The notes under the pieces are model-generated. The model was not told the origin of the DNA, made no database searches, and saw nothing but the letters and a program-made list of their open reading frames with translations. A DNA stretch of 62,946 bases, the filler included, from Asterionella formosa (taxonomy: Eukaryota), in assembly GCA_002256025.1 (NCBI GenBank). It is 22 parts of 22 records of this genome, joined end to end, with 100 filler letters (N's around TTAATTAATTAA, not from the genome) between each part and the next. Parts side by side here need not be neighbours in the genome. Positions count along the whole stretch, not along the records: positions 1 to 2,776 come from NKIB01014845.1; positions 2,877 to 5,651 come from NKIB01014846.1; positions 5,752 to 8,524 come from NKIB01014847.1; positions 8,625 to 11,396 come from NKIB01014848.1; positions 11,497 to 14,269 come from NKIB01014849.1; 17 more parts are not named here. One strand, 5' to 3'. This document shows positions 1 through 11,511 of this stretch, piece by piece. The position numbers and the translations under genes are program-made. Numbering within the stretch: position 1 is the stretch's first letter; the number at the start of each line of letters is the position of its first letter.

Positions 1-1
1 T

Positions 2-470
2 CTGGACGCGCTTCAGTCCTACTACCGGTATGCCACTGGAAGGCAAATGCTCAAGGATGACGAGTTTGACCTATTGAAGGAAGATTTGCAATGGAACGGA
101 TCTGACATGGTTGTCATGAACCGAAAGCATACTTGAAAGGTGAACCGATGATGCCAGATGCTGAGTTTGACGCATTGAAGACGGAGCTCAAGGAAACTGG
201 ATCGAAGTTTGCAGTCTCAACATCTCCAAAATGCTAGATCGACACTGGAATTTGCACTGTCACATTGAAAGAAGACCAATTCAGATCAAATCTTCTCTAC
301 CTTCCCGCCATTATTGTTCTCACAAGTGTTTGGCTTGGTATTGGTTTCGAACTCTTGTCGACTGTGTTGAGAATCAACCCGTTGTTCTTCCTCCTCATTG
401 GCACTCCGTTCCTCTACACCGGATCTAAATTTATTACAGAGGAGCTTCTCTTCCCTGGTAAATTCATTGC
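2..470 (+). pseudogene. PGRL1: PGR5-like protein 1 (PGRL1) fragment, disrupted
   Basis: Translates as LDALQSYY..ATGRQMLKDDEFDLLKEDLQWNGS..AYLKGEPMMPDAEFDALKTELK..SPKC*IDTGICTVTLKEDQFRSNLLYLPA plus two TM segments, matching the PGRL1 architecture. It has a frameshifting deletion near 126 and an in-frame TAG near 235, and ends before the C-terminal CPNC motif. Confidence 0.8.
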
Positions 471-638
471 TTTCTCCAGTGATTTCGCCTATTGATCGAC
501 CAACACTTGCTACACTTCCTCCTGATGCACCCCCAGTTTCTTCTGCATCTCCAGTCGCTTCTCCTAGCCTAATCACAGAGGGTCCTATTACATCTGTTTC
601 TCCAGTGATTTCGCCGATTGATCGACCAACACTTGCTA
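471..638 (+). repeat. Pro/Ser-rich coding-like fragment with a 42-bp direct repeat (SPVISPIDRPTLA x2)
   Basis: tttctccagtgatttcgcc(t/g)attgatcgaccaacacttgcta occurs at 471 and 597. Confidence 0.75.
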
Positions 639-1200
639 TCCACTGTATAATACTATCATATTAGCTAACTGTTGACTTTAACTGTATACATTAAACGACA
701 AACACATATATTAATTAACATACTTTATGATTGCTTGATTAATTTTCTATGATGTCTTGGTAGTAGCGAAGTCACTCCGCCTGTATTGTACTAAAGTCGA
801 CAGTGCACATGCCGGTACTCACACGCTAATCGAGGTTGGACCACAGGGAGCCAGCCTTTTTTTCGTAGATGTGGTGGGGATCGCTCATCACGAGGGATTG
901 TACGAACAAGCGCGCAATAAGACAAGCGTTAGATGCGATATTTAAAAAAGCATCAAGATTTCGCATGTGGATGGTTTGTTTGTACTTTACATTTTATAGG
1001 TTTATTTATTTATTTCATGAACATAAGTGCAAAAGTGTACCGGAAATAATATTCTCATTATTATTACCGGTATTATTAGACTACTGATCACGATGATTTG
1101 TGAAGATTCATTTGAACAGATCGCCCACCATGACGGCACTGTTTTTCTTGCATCGGCACTAAAATACACATGTCATGGAGCAAGAATGACGACGCAAAGG

Positions 1201-1380
1201 AAGGTACCGGTACCAGTACTGGTACCTGGTACCAGGTACCAGAACCGGTATGTATATCGCTCCACACAAATTCAGTTACCGGTACCTGGTACCAGGTACC
1301 AGGTACCGCCGGTAGGCTGATACCATGTTCCTGGCATCAGGTACCTGGTACCTGGTACCGGTACCAGGTACCTGGCATAG
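1201..1380. repeat. GGTACC-rich array of TA-delimited micro-units
   Basis: Parses as TA-CCGG-TA-CCAG-TA-CTGG-TA-CCTGG-TA-CCAGG-TA... Similar tracts occur near 5090-5160, 23890-23950, 27430-27505, 48965-49000, 56535-56575 and 60440-60840. Confidence 0.85.
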
Positions 1381-1726
1381 AATATGATGGTCTATGTGTC
1401 AATAAATAAATACCGTATCCTGTCAATATGTACCGGTGAACGGTAGAAAGATGTACCGGTATGTATATGGCTGGTTGCAACCTGAAGATCAATATAGTAG
1501 GATACGTAGGCCTCAGTATGGATTTTCTTTTTCATTTGCATCTAATAATTAAGAGTAAAAATCGTGACACATACAAAAATTGATGCAAATTCTTTGATAT
1601 ATATATACCGTATACTGCCCTCCGCTCATTTCCCCTCAAAAGGTATGTAACATCGATCTGTTGTCGTCCTTCATGTTTGTTGATTTTGCTGCTTGCTTCT
1701 TGTTTGCTTCGTTGCTCTGTTGTTTG

Positions 1727-2776
1727 CTATGTTAGATCGTTGACATAGGTTGCCTTGCAGAACGTTGTGTCGAAATCGCGAGCACAGCGGTGTGTTTTGA
1801 ATTGTTTGACAAGCTTCTCAACACTGATGGATCTTTCCAAATCTTGAAGTATGCACATATATATTGTCTTGCTCGCCTTGAAAAATGTCTTATCCTTTTT
1901 GTTGTTAACACTTTTTCTGTTGACATGCTCTCTCACACCACAGACCTGAATTCTCTTTACCCTTTTCCTCTTCAGAGAAACCCGACGGTAAAAATTTTCT
2001 TGGCGCAACTCCAAGAATACTCGATTCCCTCTCCTGCAAGTTCACAGTGACATTTCGGCGTTCGGTCAACAAGTACTCCCATTTCCTTTCCCATTGACTG
2101 CAATAGTGTCTCCTCTTCCTCGAAATCAAGACAGTTTCCCTTCAGCGACTTCAAAGAAAAATCTTTCTGCACAAATCCAAATGCATCGTGCTTTCCATTC
2201 AACATGTAGTTATCCAATCTCAATTCGTCAATAAATCCACGCTCCCAAAGTATCCGCAACAGACCGTTTGGTTTATTTTCCCATCCTTCGACAACTTTTG
2301 CTTTAGTCTCTTCAATTCTTGGTAAGTTGTGTTCTTGCGCCTTAGACTGTATTGCTTGCTTCTTACCCTTTGCTAACACTCCTCTTTGCCTTAGTTGTTT
2401 AAGGAGCTCATCCTTTGTGTATTGTCTTGTGATTGTTTGCCCTTCCAGTACCAAGTCATGGCGCTTTTGATCTCGTTCAGCTTCAGTCATCCAGAATGGT
2501 CCGGTGTCATCTATTCTGAATAACATTGATTGCATTGATTGCGTTTTTTTCAGCTAAGGTAAGTGAGGTCCCAGGTAACCAGGTGTTTGCCATTTTCCTC
2601 AACCGTTTCTGGGCACCTCCATAGGACTTAGTCATTCATTCCACATTTAAGCCATCTTCTTTCTGACGGTCGTGCCCACAGGAGTGATCAAAAAGAAACA
2701 AGAAATCGAATTGAGGGTAGAGTACTTTGAGAACATCAATGCAATCTTCGAGCTGCAATACCATGTGTTGATAGGA
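1727..2776 (-). mobile_element. Tc1/mariner (IS630-like) DDE transposase, C-terminal part, frameshifted
   Basis: Motifs DCIDVLKVLYPQFDFLFLFDHSCGHD, KPNGLLRILWERG, TPKCHCELAGEGIEYSWSCAK and FSRRARQYICAY are spread over several frames. Confidence 0.75.
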
Positions 2777-2876
2777 NNNNNNNNNNNNNNNNNNNNNNNN
2801 NNNNNNNNNNNNNNNNNNNNTTAATTAATTAANNNNNNNNNNNNNNNNNNNNNNNNNNNNNNNNNNNNNNNNNNNN
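2777..2876. other. Artificial contig linker (first of 21): N44-TTAATTAATTAA-N44
   Basis: An identical 100-nt spacer with stops in all six frames starts at 2777, 5652, 8525, 11397, 14270, 17141, 20010, 22878, 25746, 28613, 31480, 34344, 37209, 40073, 42937, 45798, 48659, 51521, 54380, 57238 and 60095. Contig lengths fall from 2776 to about 2755. Confidence 0.98.
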
Positions 2877-2995
2877 GAGACACAGATACCCCACCAAGAA
2901 GAGAAATCCCCTGAGCTAATCAGGCCCCACACCTTCTCGGCTGGAGAAGGAATTACACAGGACTCGGTGTTGAAGGAAACAGCTGGGATGGACAT
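2877..2995 (-). CDS. 5' end of a probable SRPBCC/polyketide-cyclase (Bet v1-like) protein, cut by the contig end
   Basis: ATG at 2995. MSIPAVSFNTESCVIPSPAEKVWGLISSGDFSSWW fits the S..I.AP.EKVW....DF..W N-terminal pattern of SRPBCC proteins. Confidence 0.55.
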
Positions 2996-4266
2996 GCTAA
3001 ATTTAAAGATTTTATGGAAAAATGACAATAGTAATTGTAGATTCGTATTTATAATATATTTTTGAGTTCGCCAAATAGTCAGTTGGCTGTTGAGTGGGCG
3101 GTTGCGGGAAGGGGGAGGGTTGGCGGTATAATTTTGAGAAGCAGTGCGAGGACCGCGTGTACCAGTATGTTTCTTACGTACCACAGAATGAATCTTTCCC
3201 AACCCGGAAACACAGGTAGTCCTTATGTCTAACAATGATGTTAGTTGCATCGATAATTCAAATACCGGTATATCCGGGCCCATTTCGACTGCTACGATTT
3301 TGTCCGCCTCAATTGCCCTTGTGTGCGGCCAGCAGTAAGGTACGGATCCATGTATACAATAGTGGATATAAAAAGTTAAAATTGGCAGCTACATATGAAA
3401 AAAAACCGTTTTTCGGCCTTTTCGACTTCCACTTCTGCGAATCTCGAGCGAAATGCAGATGCCTGAGCAACCCCCCCCCCTTTTTTTTCCTTCTTGGATC
3501 TATCGTTCTTGAATCTAACACCAGAAGATCATCAACTTTTGTTGGATTATGGTTTATAAAACATCCAAAAAGGACTTGATGGAGGGGGGAGAAGACAAAT
3601 GGTCAGCTTGTTTTATTGTGTGGAACTGTTAAAAATTTGGTGGCATGGTCATTCTAAGTAGATAAAGCAACCATACAACATATATGGAAAGAGCACATGC
3701 TTGAATCCTATTATAATGATGATACTGACATGTTTGCATCGATTTCCCACAAATTCTTGGCTGGTCATTCTCTAAAATACCATCATGAAGAAATAAATAT
3801 TCCATATCGTCGCAAGCATACTACATATATTAATTTAGCAGCTGCTCTCGCCCTTCCCAAGTCAAATTTTTTGGGATTGCAAAGAAGGAAAACAGACACC
3901 ATGCAATTCGTCCACACACGTGTGCGGTCAAGCCAATGCTTTCGATGGAGGGTAAGATTTGTCATTTTATGTCTTGCGTAACTAGTATTAGACAGAGGGA
4001 GTACCTAAGGTCATCTCTATCACATCGACCAAATACCAAAGCCAATTGTATTGCATTTGAAATTATCAAAACAAGTCACTTCTTTGAGAAATCTTTTATC
4101 AATTGTCGAATTTTTCATATTTTTCCCACTACCAAATACTAAAATAGTCAAATCTTGTGCCCAAACTTTTAGCAAATAGAAATAGAGCTATATTATCATA
4201 TATGTGTATCATTGATACAGTGATGGATACTACTACTACATAGCTATATATACACAAAATGAAACA

Positions 4267-4560
4267 ATGAGCAACGATAGTGACTCATCAGATGATGATT
4301 GCCTCTACCATTTCCGCAAGATGCATCGTCAACAAAGAAGTGAGAATGATGCACAGAAAAGACAAAGTAGGGGAGGAGGTTCCAAGGTTGGTAAGGCTAC
4401 TACAAACATGAGTCGTTTTCGTGCAGAGTATGACAAGCTTTTGAAGAGATCTACTCTCATGCACATTTCAGGAGGCACTTTGGGATGCGTTGTTCCTTAC
4501 TTGAAAAGATTCGTTTAGATTTGGTTGAGACTGATCCATACTTTCAACAGAAGAAGGAAG
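4267..4560 (+). mobile_element. PIF/Harbinger transposase N-terminal remnant
   Basis: RGGGSKVGK..NMSRFRAEYDKLL, then after a frameshift YSHAHFRRHFGMRCSLLEKIRLDLVETDPYFQQKKE, matching the FRRRFRM...DPYFQQR motif. Confidence 0.65.
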
Positions 4561-6129
4561 TTTCTATGTCGGACTTAACGCAGTGTTTTTCATGCAGATT
4601 TGGTTCAAATTGAATACGTAATTGTCACACTGCGAGATCTTGGGTTGAACCCATCCGAAATGGTTCTGGAATTTGTTCACTTAAATTACTACCAACTATA
4701 TTTCATATTTTTTTTCTCGTCGCTGTTCTGTACAATATCGTTACGAGGTAAAGCTCCGAATAATAATGTCAAATTTTCGCCTGTGATATGCGACATTCGC
4801 TGTCGCGTCGCGGAAGGGTTCCTACCAGTCTAGTTTAGTACGACGTACTCGAAGTACCAGGTACCAGCAGCCGATAAATGCAGGGACCATCTGTATTCGT
4901 CAGACCACTACAAAAGGTAGGAGAGACAAAATTGATTTGTTACAAATAATACGATATTTTGGGTTGAATTCATCCGAAGCGGTTCTGGAATTCTTGTACA
5001 TAAATTTCTTCTGGTAAATACACCGCCAGCATTTTTCTCGTTGCTGTTCTTCTTTACAGTATCGCTCCCCAATCTGCAGGAACGACCTGTACCGGAGTAA
5101 AAGGCACTACACCAGGTACCAGTACCCTGGTACTCTGGAGTACCATGTACCGTACATAAACCATCACACACACAATCATGATTCACAAGCAAACTGCCCG
5201 AACATATGATAAATTGATTACAAAGTACTCGAAGGACCGTACAGGTGGTACCTGTTACGGTATTATTGTATCATTTGATGTACCGGAATATGTAACGGGG
5301 ACTGGTACCGGTACTTATCTAGTGTGTAACATAATATCATGTATTGATAAAATATTCACCAGCCGTCCTGAACAATGTACACGAAATACTATGTACCCGT
5401 ATCATGATTGCTTTGTGGAAATCCGGGATTACCATTCGACTTTATGCATAAGACGAAATTCAACGTGATGATCGTGGCTTGCATTGTAACTCATACAATA
5501 AAGTTCTTAACCTTCTACCCTGTTTTCTTAGTTGGTCCTATTCGCCAAATGCAGATCAAATGAATGAATCCAACAGATGAACTCATGATGCGTCCTTCTT
5601 CATATCACAACGAGGTACTCTCGAAGGCAAGGACTTTAACGGAGGAGCTAGNNNNNNNNNNNNNNNNNNNNNNNNNNNNNNNNNNNNNNNNNNNNTTAAT
5701 TAATTAANNNNNNNNNNNNNNNNNNNNNNNNNNNNNNNNNNNNNNNNNNNNTGAGATGAAAGTCGACATGGTCAGTGACCGACGATGATGAATATATAGA
5801 ACTCATGCATATAATGAACAAGAGGCAGCATAGCATACAAGAGGATGCATCGATATGAAAATTTAACTGTTGAAAATTAAAGTTAAAAATATATATATTG
5901 TCAGAGAAGTAATCTAAAATATCTCTATTATCAGAGCGCAAGGACGATATTATGTAGCAGATCACCAGAATAATTTGTGTTATAATACACACATGATATA
6001 ATAATTTTTTATTATCAGAGCGCGCCCAGTAAACAATTTGCCATCGAACAGTCACCTTTCCTTTGTCTCCACTAAAAAAAACACAAATAAGAAATCACGA
6101 AATTGCTCTGCACCATTATACATAACATC

Positions 6130-6519
6130 ATGTCTCCAGGAATAACAACAAGTGCTCCTCGATTCGCTCGAGCCTTTCTAATGGTCCGAGGTTCCAATGG
6201 TATCCACAAGGCAATCGAGTTTTATCACAAGGCATTGGGATTGGCTGTCCTGCGACATACGGAGGATTGGGCTGAATTGACTTGTGGGAAAGGTGTGTGT
6301 TTGAATTTACAAGCCGTGTCAAATAAATCACAACTAAGTGTAGGATATTCTCCCATTCTATCCTTTGATGTGGACAATATGGATCAAACGATCAGTGCGT
6401 GTGCTCAAATGGGAGCACATTTGGACGGACCCATACAATATCCAGCGCATGGCAAAGTTGCTGCCATGAGGACACCAGATGGACATATGATTGGTCTTTA
6501 TGAACCATCGGGATTGTGA
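6130..6519 (+). CDS. Glyoxalase/bleomycin-resistance (VOC) family protein
   Basis: Intact ORF from ATG 6130. Motifs KAIEFYHKALGL, ILSFDVDNMDQTI..CAQMGA and GKVAAMRTPDGHMIGLYE are typical of VOC domains. Confidence 0.85.
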   Translation: MSPGITTSAPRFARAFLMVRGSNGIHKAIEFYHKALGLAVLRHTEDWAELTCGKGVCLNLQAVSNKSQLSVGYSPILSFDVDNMDQTISACAQMGAHLDGPIQYPAHGKVAAMRTPDGHMIGLYEPSGL

Positions 6520-7499
6520 GTGACTCTACTTTCACTTTTTTGGTGGAGTTATTGCCGGTAGTCAGGGGCAACGCAAGTGCCGCTGCTGAATGAGTTACAA
6601 TGGCATTGAATCATGAACATGTTGGATCGCATCCTTTCACGTCACGTTGAAGTGGATCCATGGAATTCCAGATGGGTATTGTAATGTCCGCTTGTCGGAA
6701 CGGGCCGCAGCATGCTTCAACAACATACAAGATGAAAATACTAAAGCATGTCAGTGCTAGTTAGGGAAACTTGAACTTGCAGACAGGACTGCTGAATTCA
6801 GAGAATGCTATGTTAAAAAAACCAAAAAAATATGTAAACAATTAATTGATGAATTTCGTTTTATGTAGTGCTTCCCCACCAACAAAGGAACGATCTCCAC
6901 GCCAAGAATTCTATTCTTTCTTCTGCGGATACCAGCGTCGCAGTTCTCGGCCAGGGAGCAAATGGTAGCGTGTATTTGCTGGGTTGCCTTTTGCCCTTTA
7001 TATGCATTCCTTGAAGTGGTGCCAATTTGTCTAAATCACTTCCCATGACCTCGTGGCCGTGGCCGCTTACAGGGCAAAATTACTTGCTGAAGGACAACAC
7101 AGGAATTTCGTTGCGAATTCGCCTTCCGAGGCACAGCCGTGCCGTCAACCCTCGGGTCGTCCGTTGTATTACTTGGTTCGCTGTCTTTGCCATCTACCGT
7201 TGGCTCGCCAGTTGCAATAATTGGTTCATCGCCTTTGCCATAACCCTTCTGTTATATGAATTGGTTCAACTTCCTTGTCCTCCATTGTTGAATCTTCTTT
7301 TTTATGAATTGGTTCGTCATTCTTGTCACCTACCGCTGGCCTTTGAAATATATCGGATGATTCGTCATCCTTGCTCATCTCGTTTGTAGGAGTAAATTGT
7401 GCATCACTCTTAACAGTAAAGCTGATCTCGAAGAGAGGCTCCTCCACAGAATGATCTTCTGTAATATGAATTCGTTCCTCATTGCTGCCACCTACCGTT

Positions 7500-8524
7500 A
7501 GGGGGAAGTTTGGGACGTAAGCCAGCTTTGCACAAACGTTGATGTAATGTTTTATATGCTGCAAGGAGGCAGGAAGCGGTTTGGTTATGAAAGGGCTGAA
7601 CGAAAATGTAGTTGCTGTCATAATTATATAAAATCATAATGTAGTTGTTTCCAGTGCTGGAGGGGAGTATGAATTTTCCGGTTTGATCAGTGTCAATTTG
7701 GCCTGTGGGTGCAATAATGGACGCAAAACACATATGGGTAGGGGTTGCAAGACCCTTAGGGTGGCAATCAGCATCACCCATCACATTGGTAGGAATGGAT
7801 GCAAGAAGTTCAGGCTGAATGATAGTTGGGGGCACAAGTGTGGATCGTACGTTTTGACGTGTTTGATCGAGGTGGCCTTTGATGGTTGCGATGGAATGAG
7901 GGGGATGTTTGCGTAGTGTATTTAAGGTTAGACTTGGAAAATTGACAAGATACCCATGGAGTAATGCGCTTTCCAAAGTGGAGATAACAGGAGAAAAGAG
8001 GGCCGCATGGGCAAAGGCAACAAGGGCTGGTGCATTGGGATTGCCAATGGCGGTAGCAGCGTAGTGGGTAGGTGTAGGCAATGGTGGATCAATAGTGGCG
8101 ATGGTGACATGCCATAATCGAGTGGTGGTGGAGCGATGGCCCTGAAGGATGCAATGACCATTGGATAAGACAGACATGTGAAGTTTGGTGAAGAGTACCT
8201 CGTAGCCAGAATCACATAGTTGTCTAATGCTCAATAAAGAGCGCTTGTGTAGACCAGGGACAATGTGTACATGACGAGCAGCAGGTAAGAGCATAGGTAA
8301 AGATAATTCGGCCTCATGTGTAGATTTAACATGGTTGCCATTAGGAAGTTGAATGGTGATAGGGTTGGTGGTAGGTCCTTTGTTGATGACAGGTAAATCA
8401 ACAGTGGCGTAATTGCCAGAACTACCAGAATCAGCAATGAGTGTGACGGGGGGACAAGTGATGGGAGATAAGTTTGTGTTAATAGTATTATCGACAGCAA
8501 CTTGCTCCCCTCCACATCAAGCAA
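7500..8524 (-). mobile_element. Ty1/copia (CoDi-like) protease-integrase fragment
   Basis: IADSGSSGNY protease, LLSIRQLCDSG, HAALFSP..STL, KGHLDQTRQN and TDQTGKF..PSSTGNNYIMILY integrase. Frameshifted, and joined abruptly to unrelated sequence at about 7500. Confidence 0.85.
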
Positions 8525-9607
8525 NNNNNNNNNNNNNNNNNNNNNNNNNNNNNNNNNNNNNNNNNNNNTTAATTAATTAANNNNNNNNNNNNNNNNNNNN
8601 NNNNNNNNNNNNNNNNNNNNNNNNTTGATCATCTCAACTTTTAGCTCAATCAAGTCATCAGCACCTTTCCCAATGAAATTCTGTGGTACTTGATAGCCAC
8701 ATCAAACACACTACATCCACATAATACTTGGAGCAGGATCATAATCCCAGTCGATCACTCTTGTGACTCCACTCAAATGACCTTTTCAAATTTATCCCAC
8801 ATGCTATCTGGCAGAAATAGCTAAGGTCCTTGAATGTGGACCATTCAAAGAAGGCAAATTCAAAGTGAAGACACACATATATCGAAAAACTCACAATATG
8901 AATATAGCAATGAACAAGAAACAAACTGATTCAGTCCATAGCTAGTCTTCTCATTCCAATGATAGATCGAACGAAGGTAAAGGTATCATTTTTTAATGAT
9001 ACCATTATACTAATTAAACAGCATACTGAATATTAGTGGTGTGATGCTTCAACCCCATGTCGTTGACTGTGGTGCCTCTGGTGCTTGACTTGTAGCTAGG
9101 TCATCACCAATAGGAGCTGGCTGCTGACAACAATGAATAGAGTCACTGATTGTTGAACTTGATAAGCAAACCATCTTCCAATTGCTGAACACCACTAGAA
9201 TTTTGTAAACATGGGTTTGATTTTCAGAACTGCACAAATTTGATGATGCTTATCAGCACCAGGCTGTGTACCTGGTAGTCTACCTACTATTACCAGCCAT
9301 CAGGTGGTTCTGTACCATGATACTGCCGGTGGGGATTTAGCGATGCTACCAGACTGTGTACCAAGTTTTATGCATAGTACTGGTATGACAGCACAACAAT
9401 GCTGCTGCTACTAAGAATTAGGCAGGTCTATGGTACCAGGTTGTACATTCATACACAGCCTACTGCCAGCACCTCTGGTCTTGCTACTGGCATTTCTCTA
9501 CCATTACCTTAGGAGTCTATAGTTTCACTACTCAGTCTATGGTGCCGGCACTTCATTAGTTTGCCACTTGATTCCTACATAGTCTACTGGCTTACTACTC
9601 CACCACC

Positions 9608-9677
9608 TTGGATCCCTACATGATCTACCATATTGGATCCCTACAAGATCTACCATATTGGATCCCTACAAGATCCA
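9608..9677. repeat. 25-bp tandem repeat, about 2.8 copies
   Basis: Unit ttggatccctaca(t/a)gatctaccata at 9608, 9633 and 9658. Confidence 0.85.
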
Positions 9678-11039
9678 CACTTCTTGACCTTCCCAAACCG
9701 TTTGTTACTTAAGTTCTACACAACCTTGGATCCCTCTACAATCTGTCATCTTCTGGTCCTTTCAATCCTACTACCTCGTTCCTAGTGGAGTCTACTACCA
9801 CCGATTTTAAGACTCAATCTTTCTTATATATCACTACACCAGGTGATATATTGACTCCCTGATAGCCTTGCCAATACTAGTATGAACATATGTATCATCA
9901 AATCTTTATACATGGTCACAGTCATTATCACGCCTGGCTGATGCAACAGCCTACTGTGGTACCGCTGTATTTGCAATATCATACATTTCACATACTACGA
10001 CAGCTGGGATATATCATATGCAAGGAGTACCAGAAGTAACCCTTGAAGATTCTTATATATAATTACTATTTAGCTCAGAAATTCCGATTTGTTTCAATCT
10101 AAGAAGAAAAAAATCGTTGTGAGCGAACTGATTACTAGTATGTCATCGATGTTTTCCTTGATGGTTTACTTCTTTTGGATACTTTTGATTTTTGTCATTC
10201 CCTTTGCCATTTGCCATCTAACTTCGTCTGAGTTCACCACCAATTGGACCAGCCAATTGAAGTTTTACTTCTTGGTTGCACTTTAGTTATTGTTGTATCC
10301 TTTACCACCTAAAGATGTGTTCCTTTCGGTGCACTGCTGACATCGTAAGAAAAGAAAGCAAGAGCGCTACTCAAGCGACTTTGTTCTTCTTCTTTTAGTG
10401 TCTAGGCCAGCTTGAACAATCCACCTCTCTCCAAACGAGAATTCGTCTTCTTCGCTTGGATTTTCATATCCGCTGCCGTCGATGACATGTCCGTACCACC
10501 AACATCTCGGTCACCTTGAAGAAAAAACAAGGTAAACATGGTATGGAGGTGAGAACCACTATGATGACTTACAGGCATTGGCGCTTTCTCCAATGAGTAT
10601 AGCACCAGAAAGTAATGAGGCCTTAGCAATGAAGGATCTTCGAGGCAGTGTACGCATGTTCAGCAAGTGCCGAAAAATGTGCTAGACTGCAAAAGGCTAG
10701 AATCAAAGAAAAGGACATCTTCGACGTTTTGATATTGCCAAATTGCTGAAATACAAGAAAATCTGTTAAACCTTTCCGTGAATTCTTACGGCGTACATAC
10801 GACGAGTTTTCTATTACTCAGCCTTCTGATTTGTTTAATTACGATACTGCCAATGAAATATGAGTGAAGATGGCAATTGTTGGGTGCATTGAATAGCAAT
10901 AACAGACCAACACATTATTAGTCATCACCATCAGCCATCACCAGCGAAGCACAAGCATCCTTTACTAGGTATCAGCTGAACTCCACGGGATTAATCTATC
11001 GTACTATTGAGAATATATACATTTGTTGCGCAATGAAGA

Positions 11040-11229
11040 ATGTATATATATAAATATTTAGAAAATTTGAGAAGGAATCTTCATGTCTTCATGCCAATTT
11101 CGACAGGCTTAAATATTTCAACCGGAATCATGTCATTCAAAATTAGCTCATTAAAATTCTTAATTCCAGAGAATTTTGGCAGCCCAAAGCAATATTTTAT
11201 TTTTGCCTAGGGCTTCAAATGCAGGAACC
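11040..11229 (-). mobile_element. Kolobok-family terminus (related to the element in 17241-19809)
   Basis: Ends ...ttcaaatgcaggaacc followed by TTAA (11230-11233). The preceding ~120-190 bp align by eye with the sequence before 19809. Confidence 0.8.
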
Positions 11230-11511
11230 TTAAGCACGAAGTAGACAAAACAATAGTAAAAGAATTATTTAATAACATTAATATTGACAAGGAGAAGGGA
11301 AGTCGCCAATGGCGCATTTTCATGTAATTTATGGATGCACAACGATGGTTATGTGAACAAATTTGATACTTTCACAGTATGCAACACTCTACACTANNNN
11401 NNNNNNNNNNNNNNNNNNNNNNNNNNNNNNNNNNNNNNNNTTAATTAATTAANNNNNNNNNNNNNNNNNNNNNNNNNNNNNNNNNNNNNNNNNNNNCAAA
11501 ACCGATTTAAC

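Noticed and set aside
1027..1409. ORFs rich in VPGTRYQ/GTWY peptides
   Set aside because: They are translation artefacts of the GGTACC/TACCAGG arrays, which lack stops in several frames.
2777..2876. Regularly spaced TTAATTAATTAA palindromes and ORFs running into X stretches
   Set aside because: These are artificial linkers. The periodicity reflects length-sorted contigs, and no gene cluster or synteny can be inferred across them.
6103..6519. Bacterial contaminant or HGT origin of the intronless VOC gene
   Set aside because: No Shine-Dalgarno or operon context is evident, it shares a contig with a diatom-type copia fragment, and intronless genes are common in diatoms. It cannot be tested without a phylogeny.
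8625..9960. Possible very old copia pol remnants
   Set aside because: Only faint peptide resemblance with many stops, which cannot be supported by eye.
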